DNA of 64,000 nucleotides, taken from Asterias rubens (taxonomy: Eukaryota). The notes under the pieces are model-generated. The model did not search any database and was not told where the DNA came from. It saw nothing but the letters and a program-made list of their open reading frames with translations. The position numbers and the translations under genes are program-made. Shown piece after piece: positions 1 through 12,874 of this stretch (position 1 is the first letter of the stretch; every line of letters begins with the position of its first letter). The stretch is taken from assembly GCF_902459465.1 (NCBI RefSeq), contig NC_047075.1, forward strand, positions 11,222,001 through 11,286,000. Direction: 5' to 3'.

Positions 1-432
1 TTACTATTAAAAACACTATTCGTAAGTTTCGCGCGATACTTTTCTAAAATATTCTCAACTAAGAATCAAACTGTTTAGAAAATATCATTTTCAACTACAA
101 CTTGTTCTTACTTTATTCGTAACAGCTAACGGGGTATATTTTGCAGACACCCAACATGCACATTGGCAGTTTTACGATGAAACAGATAGTCATTAACAAA
201 TAAAATAAACACGATTCACTGACACTTAATCGAGATAAATTTTTTTGGAACCGAAAACTTACCTTTTAGTACTGTATAAAAAAAGTGCAGTATAAACTTA
301 GAAAGGTTAATTAAAATAATTTCATCTTCATTCAACATTTAATAAATAAAACTATCTACAAAAAATATTACAATAATTCATTCACACTCACTGGATAATG
401 ATTTTGTTAAAACAATGGAAACCCCAACTTAC

Positions 433-502
433 ACGTCATTACGGGCACAAACAATGCAGTATACAGGTACAACATCGTCGTTTTTCGGTACAGTGGTGCC
501 AT
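433..502 (-). CDS. First coding exon (signal-peptide-like, MAPLYRKTTMLYLYTALFVPVMT) of a gene continuing off the left edge
   Basis: Acceptor ttcaag|gcaATG, basic then hydrophobic residues, phase-1 donor T|GTAAGT at 432; homologous exon at 9393-9450. Confidence 0.6.
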
Positions 503-962
503 TGCCTTGAAGTCGTTGCAAAGAGGTACCAGGATAGTTATAATAATTAATTGGACACTATACTTTTCAAAGTTTTCAAAAGTGTGTAGCTGAGTCACAA
601 TGAAGAGAAATGCGTGTAGCTAGTATTTATACGGTGAGCCTGTTTGTTTTTTTTTTCCAAGGGAAGATGGGGCCACTTAGCATACAATGGGCATGTTTAC
701 GAACTTTTGAACGAGCCGGACGCAACCTAGACTTGGCCCCTGGATTTACCCGCATAAAAGACAGGTACTTACTATTTCATTGGATACATACGATTTCATT
801 GGATACATCACAGTGACTTAAATGCAGTGACATCACGGACCAATCAAAACACAGATATGAACAGCTTACTTTCGATCATCTGCATGCTGTGACAACGTGT
901 GCATTTTGACTGCAGCGTATCAATGTGGTGTCATCTGACACATGTGCAGGACTACCAAGGGA

Positions 963-980
963 CAGCTGTTCATTGGCTCT
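963..980 (-). promoter_or_regulatory. Conserved CCAAT box (agagCCAATgaacagct) upstream of a putative 5'UTR exon
   Basis: Same motif at 10024-10040 in the paralogous block; ~100 bp (copy A) and ~65 bp (copy B) upstream of a conserved splice donor. Confidence 0.4.
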
Positions 981-2354
981 AACGTGTTCGACCGGCTGCG
1001 TAAGTCAACGTCAACAACTTGACTACTTTTTAGACGTACGCGATTTTAGCCTGGTTCATTGGGCCAATGCTTGCATGTACCGGCGTAAACCCAGCAGCAT
1101 CGATACGATAACGTAAAGTTTGATGATGATAATGAGCCAGTACTGGTTTTGTAGCGGTGCACCATTTCGGCAAAACGGCATCTCAGAAAACCTGTTCTGG
1201 GCCAATCATGCCAATACTGGTTTTGGTAAAATGCTAAAGAAAATACTGTCTAATTAGTAAACCGACTTAATAATCAAATAGGAATTACATGCAAATTAAT
1301 GAATCTGGTAGTACAGACATTTTGGAGAAACCGAATACTATTAGGTTTTCCCGGCCAATTTCATCAAATATCCATTCATTTTGACTCATGGCTCATTCAA
1401 TTTATTTTGAAAACGATTGCTGCTTTGAATCAGCATTTAACAGTCACAAAGAGGTATTCAATTTCACTAGTTTAGCATTGTTTGGTCAATTCAGATCATT
1501 CAATTTCACTAGGCCGCAAGAATCATTCAACTTCGCAAAAGCCAGCAGCAACACGTGGTCAATCACTCAATTTCATTTAAGAGCAAACATTTTTCAAAAG
1601 TTTGCATTCCAATTCAAATTATACGATAAGTGTGCTTTCTGATTCAATTAGCTGCCTTTAAATAGCAGATACTTGAAATGAAACTTATTTGGCATTATCT
1701 CCAACTAAATGCCCAAGCATTTGTGGCTAAAAAGATGGCTGCTCGAGGTTGGTCCAGAGCAGTGAATAACGTAGATATAAAAGGCGAGACTGATTAAAAT
1801 ATTCAATAATTACATAAATTTATTTATAACGACCTCTTATTGTAAGAATTTAATTTCATTTTAAACATTTGCTAAAGTCTAACTTGAAATGGTCCTGACA
1901 TTAACATAAAAATAAAGACAAAATAACCAGGAAAATAAAATAATATGGCTAAAACAAAATATTAGTTTTGCATGTCAAAGTTATCGGCTGCATATTTAAG
2001 CTAAAGGAAGAGTAACAACACAAAATGAACCTCTTTTGAGCCAATACTAGTTTTGTATTGCTTTTTCAGAAAAAAAAAAGAGTGTAAATAATGGTGTAAA
2101 ATAAAAGAAAAATCCTCTAACAAAAGAAACTTATGTGCCAGTAAAGGACTTATAATTCCCATTTTAAGCATAAAGCCAAAACTCATATTTAAGTGGAATG
2201 CAAAGAAGCTGAAATTCGTTGCACAGAAAGGAAATAGAAAACGCAAACTAGCAGAAAAATTATGTTGGCTTCGGTGAGTCTTAATTTTAATGCATCAACT
2301 GCAAATTGGTAAAACTTCAACTTGAGAATGGTAAAAGTGTACCCATGAATGCCC

Positions 2355-2738
2355 TTAAAGTCAGTGGACAATATTGGTATTTTTATACTCAAAATAAATA
2401 TTAGCATAAAACCTTTAATGGTAACGAGTAATGGGGAATGGTTGATGGTATAAAACATTGTGAGAAATGGCTCACTCTAAAGTGCCATAGTTTTCAAGCA
2501 AGAAGGAATTTGAATTTGATTTCGAGATCTCAGATTTAGAACTTGACGTCTCAAAATCAACCATCTAAACGCACACAACGTCGTGTGACAATGGCGTTTT
2601 TCTTGCATTGCTATCTCGCAAGTTCGATGACCGATTGAGCTTTTATTTTCACAGGTTTGTTATTTTATGAATATGTTGAGATACACCAGCTGTGAAGGCT
2701 AGTCTTTTACAATTACCAATAGTGTCCATTCCTTTTAA
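2355..2738. mobile_element. TTAA-flanked MITE, family A (AGGCAGTGGACAC-type TIRs, Kolobok-like ends)
   Basis: TIRs plus TTAA on both sides; relatives at 12875, 25335, 33203, 40290, 59910. Confidence 0.85.
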
Positions 2739-3574
2739 ATGAAATTGAATGCATTAAGAGCTTACAATAAACCCTAGTTCGAGGGGATTATAAGAAAATG
2801 CATGAATTTGAATGCAAGTTAATTATATTTAATTATTTTGTTTTGCTGAAATTGGCCAGGAAAACCAATGTTTAAGTTATTGTTTTATTTGGTGCTAAAA
2901 GGTCTACCTTCATTATTGTTGTATTGGTTTTTTACAAAGCATTATTAAGTTAATGCATTCATTACTGTTGTATTCTTTAATGTCTTGTCCCGTTTTTATA
3001 TACATCAGGAACAGCTAAACTTTATTGTAATGAATGTTTTTTTATTGCGAAGTAATTTCATTCAAATTTAATGTTTTTGTTGTTTGCATTTTTCAAGTCA
3101 AAATGCTGGTTGATTTTTCGTCTGACAATGAACGTTTTATCTTATGACATCTGTCTACTGCTTTTTTTGGCAGCAAACCTATTTTGCAAAATGGTGGAAA
3201 ACTCAATTGAGACAACATGGTTTTGTAGCTGCACTATATCAAATATTTTCTTTGCCAATACTGTATTGTTTTAGCGCCACGCCATTCTGACAAAATGGTA
3301 TATAAAACTGCTTGGGGCCAATACTGGTTTCGAAGCGGCACACCATTTTGGCAAATAATGGCAAGACATAGTACCTTCTCTGGGCCAATACTGATTTTGT
3401 AACGGGGCACCATTGGGCCGGCATTGAACCGATGTCGGTTGTGAACTTAAAAAAGAAAACCAAAACTGAAAAGGAGCAAAAAAGGGATAATTTGTATTTA
3501 ATTATTGTTTTGTTTTTATGCCCAAAACCAAAAAAAATAACCCCAAAATGGTAATTATTATTTGACGAGCCTTT

Positions 3575-3910
3575 GTTATAAATATTATAATTTTGGGGGC
3601 TAATCGTCCTTACTCGCTCGCAGCTAAGAGCTGAATTGCGAAGGACGCGGCTACAACGTGTTCGAGAAAAAGGCATGCAAGGGCGCATTCAGCTGCCAGC
3701 CACATCAACCCATTATGACCACGGAGCACAGCCAAGATCGAAAGTGTTTGATGTTTTCCTGAGGGAGGAAAACCGGATAGTCTGGAAAACCCTCGTGGCA
3801 CAGCAGAGAACCAACGCACAACTCAACTAACATATGGCCCCGACCGGGAATCGAACCGGGGTCACCTTGGTGAGAGGCGAGCGCTTTACGCACAAGCCAA
3901 CCGTGCCACC
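3575..3910 (-). mobile_element. tRNA-derived SINE
   Basis: Minus-strand tRNA-like head with B-box GGTTCGATTCCC, conserved core (ggttttcc..ccggttttcctccc) and AT-rich tail. Confidence 0.8.
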
Positions 3911-4080
3911 CAAAATATTGATTGTACTGTTGTAACAATTAGGAGTAACTGATAATCAATATCAGAGCCATGCGTACAAATTCAACGGAAGTTGAACTAC
4001 ATATTATTATATTACTCGGTGCTTGTTATACAACATATTAGGCTGTATGCTGTTTGTATTGTGTGTTTTACTAAGTAGTA

Positions 4081-5196
4081 AACTGCGCCAATAAAGTATC
4101 TAAACACTTACAAATGGTCAGATTCATTGGAACCTGAAATAGTATACAAACAATTAATTGTTCAGTTCTATTCACCGTTAATTTCTGCACATTTTGACAC
4201 ATCTTGTGTTGCGCTACGATGTTGTTTGGTGGATTTATGGACACTTGAGTGGCTTAAGGTCAAATTTCAAAAGTTGCAAAAGCCCCTATTCACCCCAATT
4301 CCAGAAGGGAACTCACATAAGCATCACACTCGGACAAAATCAAGACAAAAGACACAAACTCGTTTCGTTTATATGACCATGAAATTAATTGCCGTATATT
4401 GAACTTTAAAACTGCTGATATCCTGTCCCCCATTCTTGGTGTGTCCTCCATCACACTGTCCTGAACGCCAAGGAGTCGTCTTCTCATACTCTCAATGAGA
4501 CCTCTGATCTTTCCCTGGTCAATCCCCTGCCATTTACCGATCAGGATGCGTCGCAATCCCTCAAGAGTGGTGTCAGGCTTGATGGACTTGTTCACTTTCT
4601 TCTGCTGCAGAAGTCACCCTCGGACGGCCACTCCTTGGCAGGTTGCCACATTTCCCTGAGCTTGGTAGCGATTCCACCATTTACTGACCGTCTCTGGTGA
4701 CGTTGTTACCTGATGAGCTGCAGCTTGCATCAACGTAACGTCTTCTGTCAAACCAACGATCCGTCCTCTTTCATGTTTGGTCATTTGAGCCATCTTATCT
4801 TGAAACACCTTTCCTTGCTTACCATTGTTGAATGCCTCCCATCTTTTACCCCTTTGCTTGGTTACTGACAACTATTGCTGATGTTCATCGCAACTGATTT
4901 ATCCAACACGCGACCAAAAAAAATCATTTATAAAAGGCGGGCAAAAGAAACGCCGATCTTACTCGTCACAATAACGATTTAGCTCGAATAGGGGCTTTTG
5001 CAACTTTTGAAATTCGACCTTAAGCCACTCAAGTGCCCGTAAATCCACCAAACAACATCGTAGCGCAACACAAGATGTGTCAAAATGTGCAGAAATTAAC
5101 GGTGACTCGAAATGAATAATTATTTTGTGGCATACTATTTCAGGTTCCGATATATCTGACCATTTGTAAGTGTTTAGATACTTTATTGGCGCAGTT
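4081..5196 (-). mobile_element. Tc1-like internal-deletion derivative, 211-bp TIRs, TA TSD
   Basis: TIRs at 4081-4291 and 4986-5196; N-terminal HTH remnant (4614-4800) joined to C-terminal remnant (4400-4595); DDE core absent. Confidence 0.9.
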
Positions 5197-6348
5197 TATA
5201 ATCACATGCTTAAGGGTGCATTTTTTAGTTAAATATTTAATTTATTAAACGTAGTGTTAACACACTGAACAATCTGGCCAGTAAATCCAGAAGTGCCAGC
5301 ATCACCATGAACGTTATTGGGCCTGTGCTGGGTGAGTTATGGCAACTAATACTGTGCAAAAACATCTTTTGGCAAGCCTTCAACAGCTGTGACATTATCT
5401 GGTCAGTAGCTGACTAATTCTAAGGTTATTAGTGCCATGCTATAGATGCCCAAAACAGAAGTGCCAACATCGGCGCGAGCGTTGTTTTGCCTGTGCAAAG
5501 AGCACTTGGCCAACCTTCTGCCAGCAGTGGGCCATATCTAGCCAGATAACGGGCCAATAGCGACATACTGAAATAAAAAAAGCGTCACCATCGGCATGAA
5601 CGTTATTGGGCCTGTACGTGGTGAGTTTACGGCAACTGTACTGGGCCGATTAATTGTTTTATTTGGTGCTAAAAGGTCTACCTTCATTATTGTTGTATTG
5701 GTTTTTTACAAAGCATTATTAAGTTAATGCATTCATTACTGTTGTATTCTTTAATGTCTTGTCCCGTTTTTATATACATCAGGAACAGCTAAACTTTATT
5801 GTAATGAATGTTTTTTTATTGCGAAGTAATTTCATTCAAATTTAATGTTTTTGTTGTTTGCATTTTTCAAGTCAAAATGCTGGTTGATTTTTCGTCTGAC
5901 AATGAACGTTTTATCTTATGACATCTGTCTACTGCTTTTTTTGGCAGCAAACCTATGTTGCAAAATGGTGGAAAACTCAATTGAGACAACATGGTTTTGT
6001 AGCTGCACTATATCAAATATTTTCTTTGCCAATACTGTATTGTTTTAGCGCCACGCCATTCTGACAAAATGGTATATAAAACTGCTTGGGGCCAATACTG
6101 GTTTCGAAGCGGCACACCATTTTGGCAAATAATGGCAAGACATAGTACCTTCTCTGGGCCAATACTGATTTTGTAACGGGGCACCATTGGGCCGGCATTG
6201 AACCGATGTCGGTTGTGAACTTAAAAAAGAAAACCAAAACTGAAAAGGACCAAAAAGGGGATAATTTGTATTTAATTATTGTTTTGTTTTTATGCCCAAA
6301 ACCAAAAAAAATAACCCCAAAATGGTAATTATTATTTGACGAGCCTTT

Positions 6349-6684
6349 GTTATAAATATTATAATTTTGGGGGCTAATCGTCCTTACTCGCTCGCAGCTA
6401 AGAGCTGAATTGCGAAGGACGCGGCTACAACGTGTTCGAGAAAAAGGCATGCAAGGGCGCATTCAGCTGCCAGCCACATCAACCCATTATGACCACGGAG
6501 CACAGCCAAGATCGAAAGTGTTTGATGTTTTCCTGAGGGAGGAAAACCGGATAGTCTGGAAAACCCTCGTGGCACAGCAGAGAACCAACGCACAACTCAA
6601 CTAACATATGGCCCCGACCGGGAATCGAACCGGGGTCACCTTGGTGAGAGGCGAGCGCTTTACGCACAAGCCAACCGTGCCACC
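6349..6684 (-). mobile_element. tRNA-derived SINE (duplicate of 3575-3910)
   Basis: Lies inside the tandem duplication. Confidence 0.8.
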
Positions 6685-6854
6685 CAAAATATTGATTGTA
6701 CTGTTGTAACAATTAGGAGTAACTGATAATCAATATCAGAGCCATGCGTACAAATTCAACGGAAGTTGAACTACATATTATTATATTACTCGGTGCTTGT
6801 TATACAACATATTAGGCTGTATGCTGTTTGTATTGTGTGTTTTACTAAGTAGTA

Positions 6855-7970
6855 AACTGCGCCAATAAAGTATCTAAACACTTACAAATGGTCAGATTCA
6901 TTGGAACCTGAAATAGTATACAAACAATTAATTGTTCAGTTCTATTCACCGTTAATTTCTGCACATTTTGACACATCTTGTGTTGCGCTACGATGTTGTT
7001 TGGTGGATTTATGGACACTTGAGTGGCTTAAGGTCAAATTTCAAAAGTTGCAAAAGCCCCTATTCACCCCAATTCCAGAAGGGAACTCACATAAGCATCA
7101 CACTCGGACAAAATCAAAACAAAAGACACAAACTCGTTTCGTTTATATGACCATGAAATTAATTGCCGTATATTGAACTTTAAAACTGCTGATATCCTGT
7201 CCCCCATTCTTGGTGTGTCCTCCATCACACTGTCCTGAACGCCAAGGAGTCGTCTTCTCATACTCTCAATGAGACCTCTGATCTTTCCCTGGTCAATCCC
7301 CTGCCATTTACCGATCAGGATGCGTCGCAATCCCTCAAGAGTGGTGTCAGGCTTGATGGACTTGTTCACTTTCTTCTGCTGCAGAAGTCACCCTCGGACG
7401 GCCACTCCTTGGCAGGTTGCCACATTTCCCTGAGCTTGGTAGCGATTCCACCATTTACTGACCGTCTCTGGTGACGTTGTTACCTGATGAGCTGCAGCTT
7501 GCATCAACGTAACGTCTTCTGTCAAACCAACGATCCGTCCTCTTTCATGTTTGGTCATTTGAGCCATCTTATCTTGAAACACCTTTCCTTGCTTACCATT
7601 GTTGAATGCCTCCCATCTTTGACCCCTTTGCTTGGTTACTGACAACTATTGCTGATGTTCATCGCAACTGATTTATCCAACACGCGACCAAAAAAAATCA
7701 TTTATAAAAGGCGGGCAAAAGAAACGCCGATCTTACTCGTCACAATAACGATTTAGCTCGAATAGGGGCTTTTGCAACTTTTGAAATTCGACCTTAAGCC
7801 ACTCAAGTGCCCGTAAATCCACCAAACAACATCGTAGCGCAACACAAGATGTGTCAAAATGTGCAGAAATTAACGGTGACTCGAAATGAATAATTATTTT
7901 GTGGCATACTATTTCAGGTTCCGATATATCTGACCATTTGTAAGTGTTTAGATACTTTATTGGCGCAGTT
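6855..7970 (-). mobile_element. Tc1-like deletion derivative (duplicate of 4081-5196)
   Basis: Same TIRs and TA flanks at +2774. Confidence 0.9.
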
Positions 7971-8528
7971 TATAATCACATGCTTAAGGGTGCATTTTTT
8001 AGTTAAATATTTAATTTATTAAACGTAGTGTTAACACACTGAACAATCTGGCCAGTAAATCCAGAAGTGCCAGCATCACCATGAACGTTATTGGGCCTGT
8101 GCTGGGTGAGTTATGGCAACTAATACTGTGCAAAAACATCTTTTGGCAAGCCTTCAACAGCTGTGACATTATCTGGTCAGTAGCTGACTAATTCTAAGGT
8201 TATTAGTGCCATGCTATAGATGCCCAAAACAGAAGTGCCAACATCGGCGCGAGCGTTGTTTTGCCTGTGCAAAGAGCACTTGGCCAACCTTCTGCCAGCA
8301 GTGGGCCATATCTAGCCAGATAACGGGCCAATAGCGACATACTGAAATAAAAAAAGTGTCACCATCGGCATGAACGTTATTGGGCCTGTACGTGGTGAGT
8401 TTACGGCAACTGTACTGGGCCGATTAATTGTCAATGTGCAAATGCAAATGGCAGTATTTGTCCTAAACATATGTTTGCTGGACGACTCTTTGGGGATGGA
8501 GATTAGCTTTGGATAATCGTGACCCCAT

Positions 8529-8818
8529 GGGGTGTCGTGGCCGAGCGGTTAAGAGCACCAAATTCAAGCTCTATTCAAACTACTATTGCTTCTCTCCACC
8601 CAGGGGTAAATGGGGACCTGTGAGGGCAGAGATGGTTCTTGTGATTGATTTAGCCGAGTAGCGCATTTATTGCACGAGGCTGTATACTCCCCATGGAGCT
8701 GAGATGGTTTAAGAAGTGAATTAAGGCCCAGTGACCAGGGGTAATAATTTGAAGCGCTTTGAGACACCTGTAGGAAGTGAAAAAGCGCTATATAAACTCA
8801 AATAGTATAATTATTATT
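8529..8818 (+). mobile_element. tRNA-headed SINE with Deu-domain-like core, internally deleted
   Basis: A-box GTGGCCGAGCGG, ctctccacccaggggtaaatgggg core, aagcgctatataaa tail with (TTA)n. Confidence 0.75.
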
Positions 8819-9392
8819 AACTCCCCGGTCAACTGGAAGTGGGTCATAACTCAAGAAATACACAACCGAATAAAACAACAAAATCAGTTATAGGCTATTT
8901 GGGCAAAGATCAAAACTGTTATAAATATGTTATATGTTTACATGTGCACAAACACCTCTAGTTTGTTTTTTTCGGTGCGCCAAATACTGTATTTAGAATA
9001 GATATCCATCCCCCAAGTTTTTCCGCTTTGAGTAATGTTTCAAATTGTAAGTTATTTGTTTTGATTACATCAAATACTTCATGTTTGTCCCCGAGTAAAT
9101 TTATTCACCACATAAACTCCATCCCCACTAAAGTAGCTAACAGTCATTAACCATAATACAAACAAGATTCACTGACACTTACTTTAAGTTTCATTTGTTG
9201 AAACCGAAAACTGACCTTGTATTACTGCACAAAACATTGCACTTTAAACTTATAAAGGTAAATTAAAACAAATGGATCTTCTTTCAACATTTTAACAAAT
9301 AAAACCATTTAAACAAATGACATTACACAAATTCATTCACACTCACTGGATAGTTGTTTTGAAAAAAAAAAAAAGGAAAAACCCAAGCTTAC

Positions 9393-9450
9393 CCAAAAAC
9401 AATGACGTATACAGGCACAGCATCGTCGCTTTTCGGTACAATGCTGACAT
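9393..9450 (-). CDS. Paralogous first coding exon (signal-peptide-like, MSALYRKATMLCLYTSLFL)
   Basis: Acceptor ttcaag|gcaATG identical to copy A; phase-1 donor G|GTAAGC; no downstream exon found between it and copy A. Confidence 0.55.
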
Positions 9451-9536
9451 TGCCTTGAAGTCGTTGCAAAGAAGACCACGAATAGTTATAATAACAATTT
9501 AAACACTTGACTATTAAAACATGTCAAATTTGTATA

Positions 9537-9680
9537 ATGGGAGACCTTTGAACGCTAGGTGGCAGCAGACTTACCAGGTAAACTCCCATTGTTTACGTAG
9601 TTCTGAGCATGCGCACTTTGCGGAGAACAATTGATTTACCTGGTAAGTCTGCTGCCACCAGGCGTCCAGAATCCCCCATT
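9537..9680. mobile_element. Short palindromic MITE
   Basis: Arms ggtggcagcagacttaccaggtaaa / tttacctggtaagtctgctgccacc; partial relative at ~10630-10695. Confidence 0.75.
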
Positions 9681-10763
9681 GTAACTACGGAATCCGAATC
9701 CCAATGAAGGAAATGATAAAGTCTAGCTAATGTTTATACGGCGAGTGTGTTTGATTTCCAAGGGAAGATGAGACAACTTAGCATAAATGGGCGTGTTTTA
9801 CCAGATTGTGCACGGGCCGGGCGCAACCTACACTTGGCCCCTGGATTTATCCGCACGAGAGACAGGTACTTGCTAATCAAATCCAGCGATTCCGTTGGAT
9901 ACATTGGAATGACTATAAAATGCAGTGACATCACGGACCAATAAAAACACAGATATATTAAAAGCTTACTGGGTATCCTTTATGTGATCTCAACTGGCAC
10001 TTGTGCAGGACTACCCAGTGAGAGCTGTTCATTGGCTCTGACGTTTTCGACCGGCCGGTGTACGTTCAAAACATGTGGATACTTTCTGGACGTACGTGAT
10101 TTTGACATGGTTTTATCAAAATGGTGGTATTCACATTATAATGGTAACTGGCCGTTACCACATGGTTATTGGGATCTGTGCTAATAATGGGAAACTTTAG
10201 ACTATCTGCCAATCACCAAGAGAGGGCGCTCTGCACCAGATAATGTCAACAACTTAGGAATAGGAGAAGCATGAGTGACGGTCACTGACAGCAAATACCT
10301 TGTGTTGTGCGTGTTTTTGATTTTGTATTTTAGATTCAGCCAAACTGTATTTTGTTTTTCATAACACATTGCCAGCATAAACCAAACTGTTCTGGAACAG
10401 GACGTACTGGACACGAGTTCCCCAAGGATAACAAGCGGTGTGCATGAGTTTTGGGAGTGTTTTTTCTAAGGTAATTAGCAAAAATTCCAAAATGCTGACC
10501 TACCAAAAATTGAGAAGAATCTGAAGTTTAGTTGTATGACAATGTATCTGATTTAATTTTCAAGAGGCTGATTAAATATTGTTTGAGTATTTTTGAATGT
10601 TTAGCATTTACCATTGTTTGCTATAGGAGTTGTGCACCCTTACCTGGTAGGTCTGCTGCCCTCTAGTGGCAGAGCTTTCAAAAAGTCTCCCATTGGTGTG
10701 CATCAGTTGCCCATAAGGACCTGCGCGCACAGCATTTTCTGGGGGCAAAATTGCAAAGCATAA

Positions 10764-10913
10764 AGGCCGGTTTGTAGTCGGTCGCGCGATGGTCGTGCGA
10801 TGGAAATCTTGCGCGCAATCCTAAGATTGAAGCAAAAAAAACGGTGTATTTTTATGATTGCGAGGCAAGATTTATATCGCGCGACCATCGCGCGACTGGC
10901 TATAAACCAGCCT
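10764..10913. mobile_element. PIF/Harbinger-type MITE
   Basis: ~40-bp imperfect TIRs starting AGGCCGGTTT, TAA on both flanks. Confidence 0.75.
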
Positions 10914-10960
10914 TAAGGTAAAAAGGTGTTTTGGCCTGACATAAAAATACATATAATGTT

Positions 10961-11240
10961 CCCTGAGTTATCATTGACTAGATCCAGTAATGTCACGCAG
11001 TATATCATTCCCGAACTCGTTATGTAGATCACCAAACTCAGATTGATAGTCAGCCAAGGTACGGGACAAGTCAACAGAGGCTGGAGCACGATCCAGCCTC
11101 ACCCATCTGTACCCATGTCACACTAGGCAGGCAACCCATTAGTCAGACTGGGCGGGGGGTAGAGTAGAATATGTATAAGCAGTTGTCTGGGAACCAGCTT
11201 GATACAACTCATTACAACTGTTGTATCTCTTTTTATCTCC
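10961..11240 (-). pseudogene. Intronless fibrinogen-domain (FReD) pseudogene fragment
   Basis: Across frameshifts and stops reads NSCNELYQAG...GLPA*CDMGTDG*GWIVLQ...DYQSEFGDLHNEF-GNDILRDITG. Confidence 0.8.
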
Positions 11241-12583
11241 AAAGATAAGTAGCAAAGGTAAACTATTCGTCCAAAATACCGTCAGTTTGCAGCACAAATG
11301 GAAATAGGTCTTACTTCTGGTCACTCAAAGGAGAAATAGACGTACACTTTAGTTAGATAATGTGTAATGTTTATATTAAGTTTGTACATAATATTAACAA
11401 AGGAATCTTTAGTGATCCAAAAGAACAAGAAATCAACAACACTAAATGATATGTGCTCTTAAAGGACGACAAAACATAGATAACAATTAGTGTTGGCCCT
11501 TATGGCAAACAATAGAATCCCCCCCAAAAAAAAAAATAAATAAATAAATAAAAATAAAAAAATGGAAACGCAATCCAGTAAATAATTTATTATTTCCGTT
11601 CGGTTCAAAAGGGAAGTTGAAATGCAACGATTCAAACTGCATCGTTTTTACGCCCCTAATAGTTTAACTGTAAAACTTGATTGTGCGGTTCACACGACCG
11701 TCTCATTTTGAATGTCTGACCATGGAGGAAGGAAGAGAAGGAGCTCGAATAAAGGGACTTCAAAAGTCGAACCCGTGGTACCGCGGTCGTTTAACGACAC
11801 CTCGTAATCACCCACATACCTTATACAGACAATGGGCAACCTGGCATATGTGAGTTTGCGCGTGCGCACTCAACTATGGTATCGTATGTCGTACACATGT
11901 GGCCACCAAATCGAAAAACACAATTTAATACCAACCACCCTCGTGTGCTAATACTCAAATTTTGAACCACCGCTAGTGACCGGAAAGTCATAAAAAATTG
12001 TAAAAATATGCCATGATGTTTCCGTGAAACACTACAGACGGTAAATAAAAACGTGTATGTTCACAATTCTTGTCTCCAACGATTCAACTTTACACGAATG
12101 CAACGGCGCAGTCTGGCGGTGTCACACATTCTATACCAAGAGATATAATCCTGCTCGTAATCGGCCATCCAGCTGGAGGTATCCTATCTTTGTCCACTGG
12201 TCAGGCAGGGGCATTGCCAGGGTATTCTTTTGTTACTATGCGGTTTTGTGAGTTGTTCGAGCTTCTTCTCTTCATTCCTCCATGGTCTGACCATCTGATG
12301 GCGTTATTTGTTTTCTTCTTAATTAGGGCTGCTTGTCAACTCAAAGTTGTTTTTCTTACTCGTTTTGGGGAGTTTGTTAATTACCACAACGTACCCATAC
12401 ACTGACATCAAGCAGTGTGTTTACTTACTCGTTAAGTACTGTATTGTTTTAGTACTAAGTCGTCCAATCGACGATCTCGATTTACAGGTGTGGCCATTAG
12501 GGTGGTGACTACTCTGCATAATAGCAACACAAACAGGGGACACTCGTCATAGAAATTTAACTTAAAAATTTCCAAAAAGTTTG

Positions 12584-12874
12584 TTAAAGCCATTATACAC
12601 TTTCGGTAAACAGAATTGTCCAAGTCCCGCACTTCGTGTATCATAAAAAACAACAAACCTGTGAAAATTGAGGCTCAATCGGTCATCGGAGTCGGGAGAA
12701 ATTAACGGGAAAACCCACTCTTGTTTCCGCGCGTTTCGCCGTGTCATGACATGTGTTTAAAATAAATCCGTAATTGTCGATATCGGGATTTGATATTGTT
12801 TTAATGTTTTTTTTCAGAAAGTGATGCATTTCACGGAATAATATTTCAAGAGAAGTATTTCACCATTACCTTCT
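12584..12874. mobile_element. TTAA MITE family B (AGCCATTATACACTTTCGG end), truncated
   Basis: Matches copies at 49707, 58524 and 62095; abuts a family A copy. Confidence 0.75.

Larger units (their letters stand above)
185..1050. repeat. Promoter/first-exon block, copy A (paralog of ~9140-10105)
   Basis: Collinear similarity, roughly 70-80% by eye, including conserved GTAAGC donor (869 and 9969) and CCAAT. Confidence 0.8.
2879..5652. repeat. Tandem duplication unit 1 (2774 bp)
   Basis: ORFs recur at an exact 2774 offset; only a handful of SNPs; ATTGT at both junctions. Confidence 0.97.
5653..8431. repeat. Tandem duplication unit 2
   Basis: Near-identical copy of 2879-5657. Confidence 0.97.
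9140..10105. repeat. Promoter/first-exon block, copy B
   Basis: Paralog of 185-1050, with an extra MITE at 9537-9680. Confidence 0.8.

Noticed and set aside
662-764. Possible plus-strand exon (ccaag|..gacag|gtact) conserved at ~9763-9865
   Set aside because: The copies differ by compensating indels and changes are not synonymous-biased; explained by the block duplication.
3820-3910. tRNA-like sequences here and at 6600-6684, 8529-8570, 20770-20850 and 35035-35105
   Set aside because: They are SINE heads attached to repeat bodies, without a clean cloverleaf; not called tRNA genes.
5270-5650. Degenerate ~150-bp and ~65-bp subrepeats (also 1135-1230 and 3250-3420)
   Set aside because: Probably decayed internal repeats of an old element; boundaries and class cannot be supported.
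11715-12295. 35-bp inverted pair (gaccatggagga.gaagagaag.agctcgaa) flanking ~500 bp
   Set aside because: No TSD or termini identifiable and no credible ORF between; too weak to call an element.
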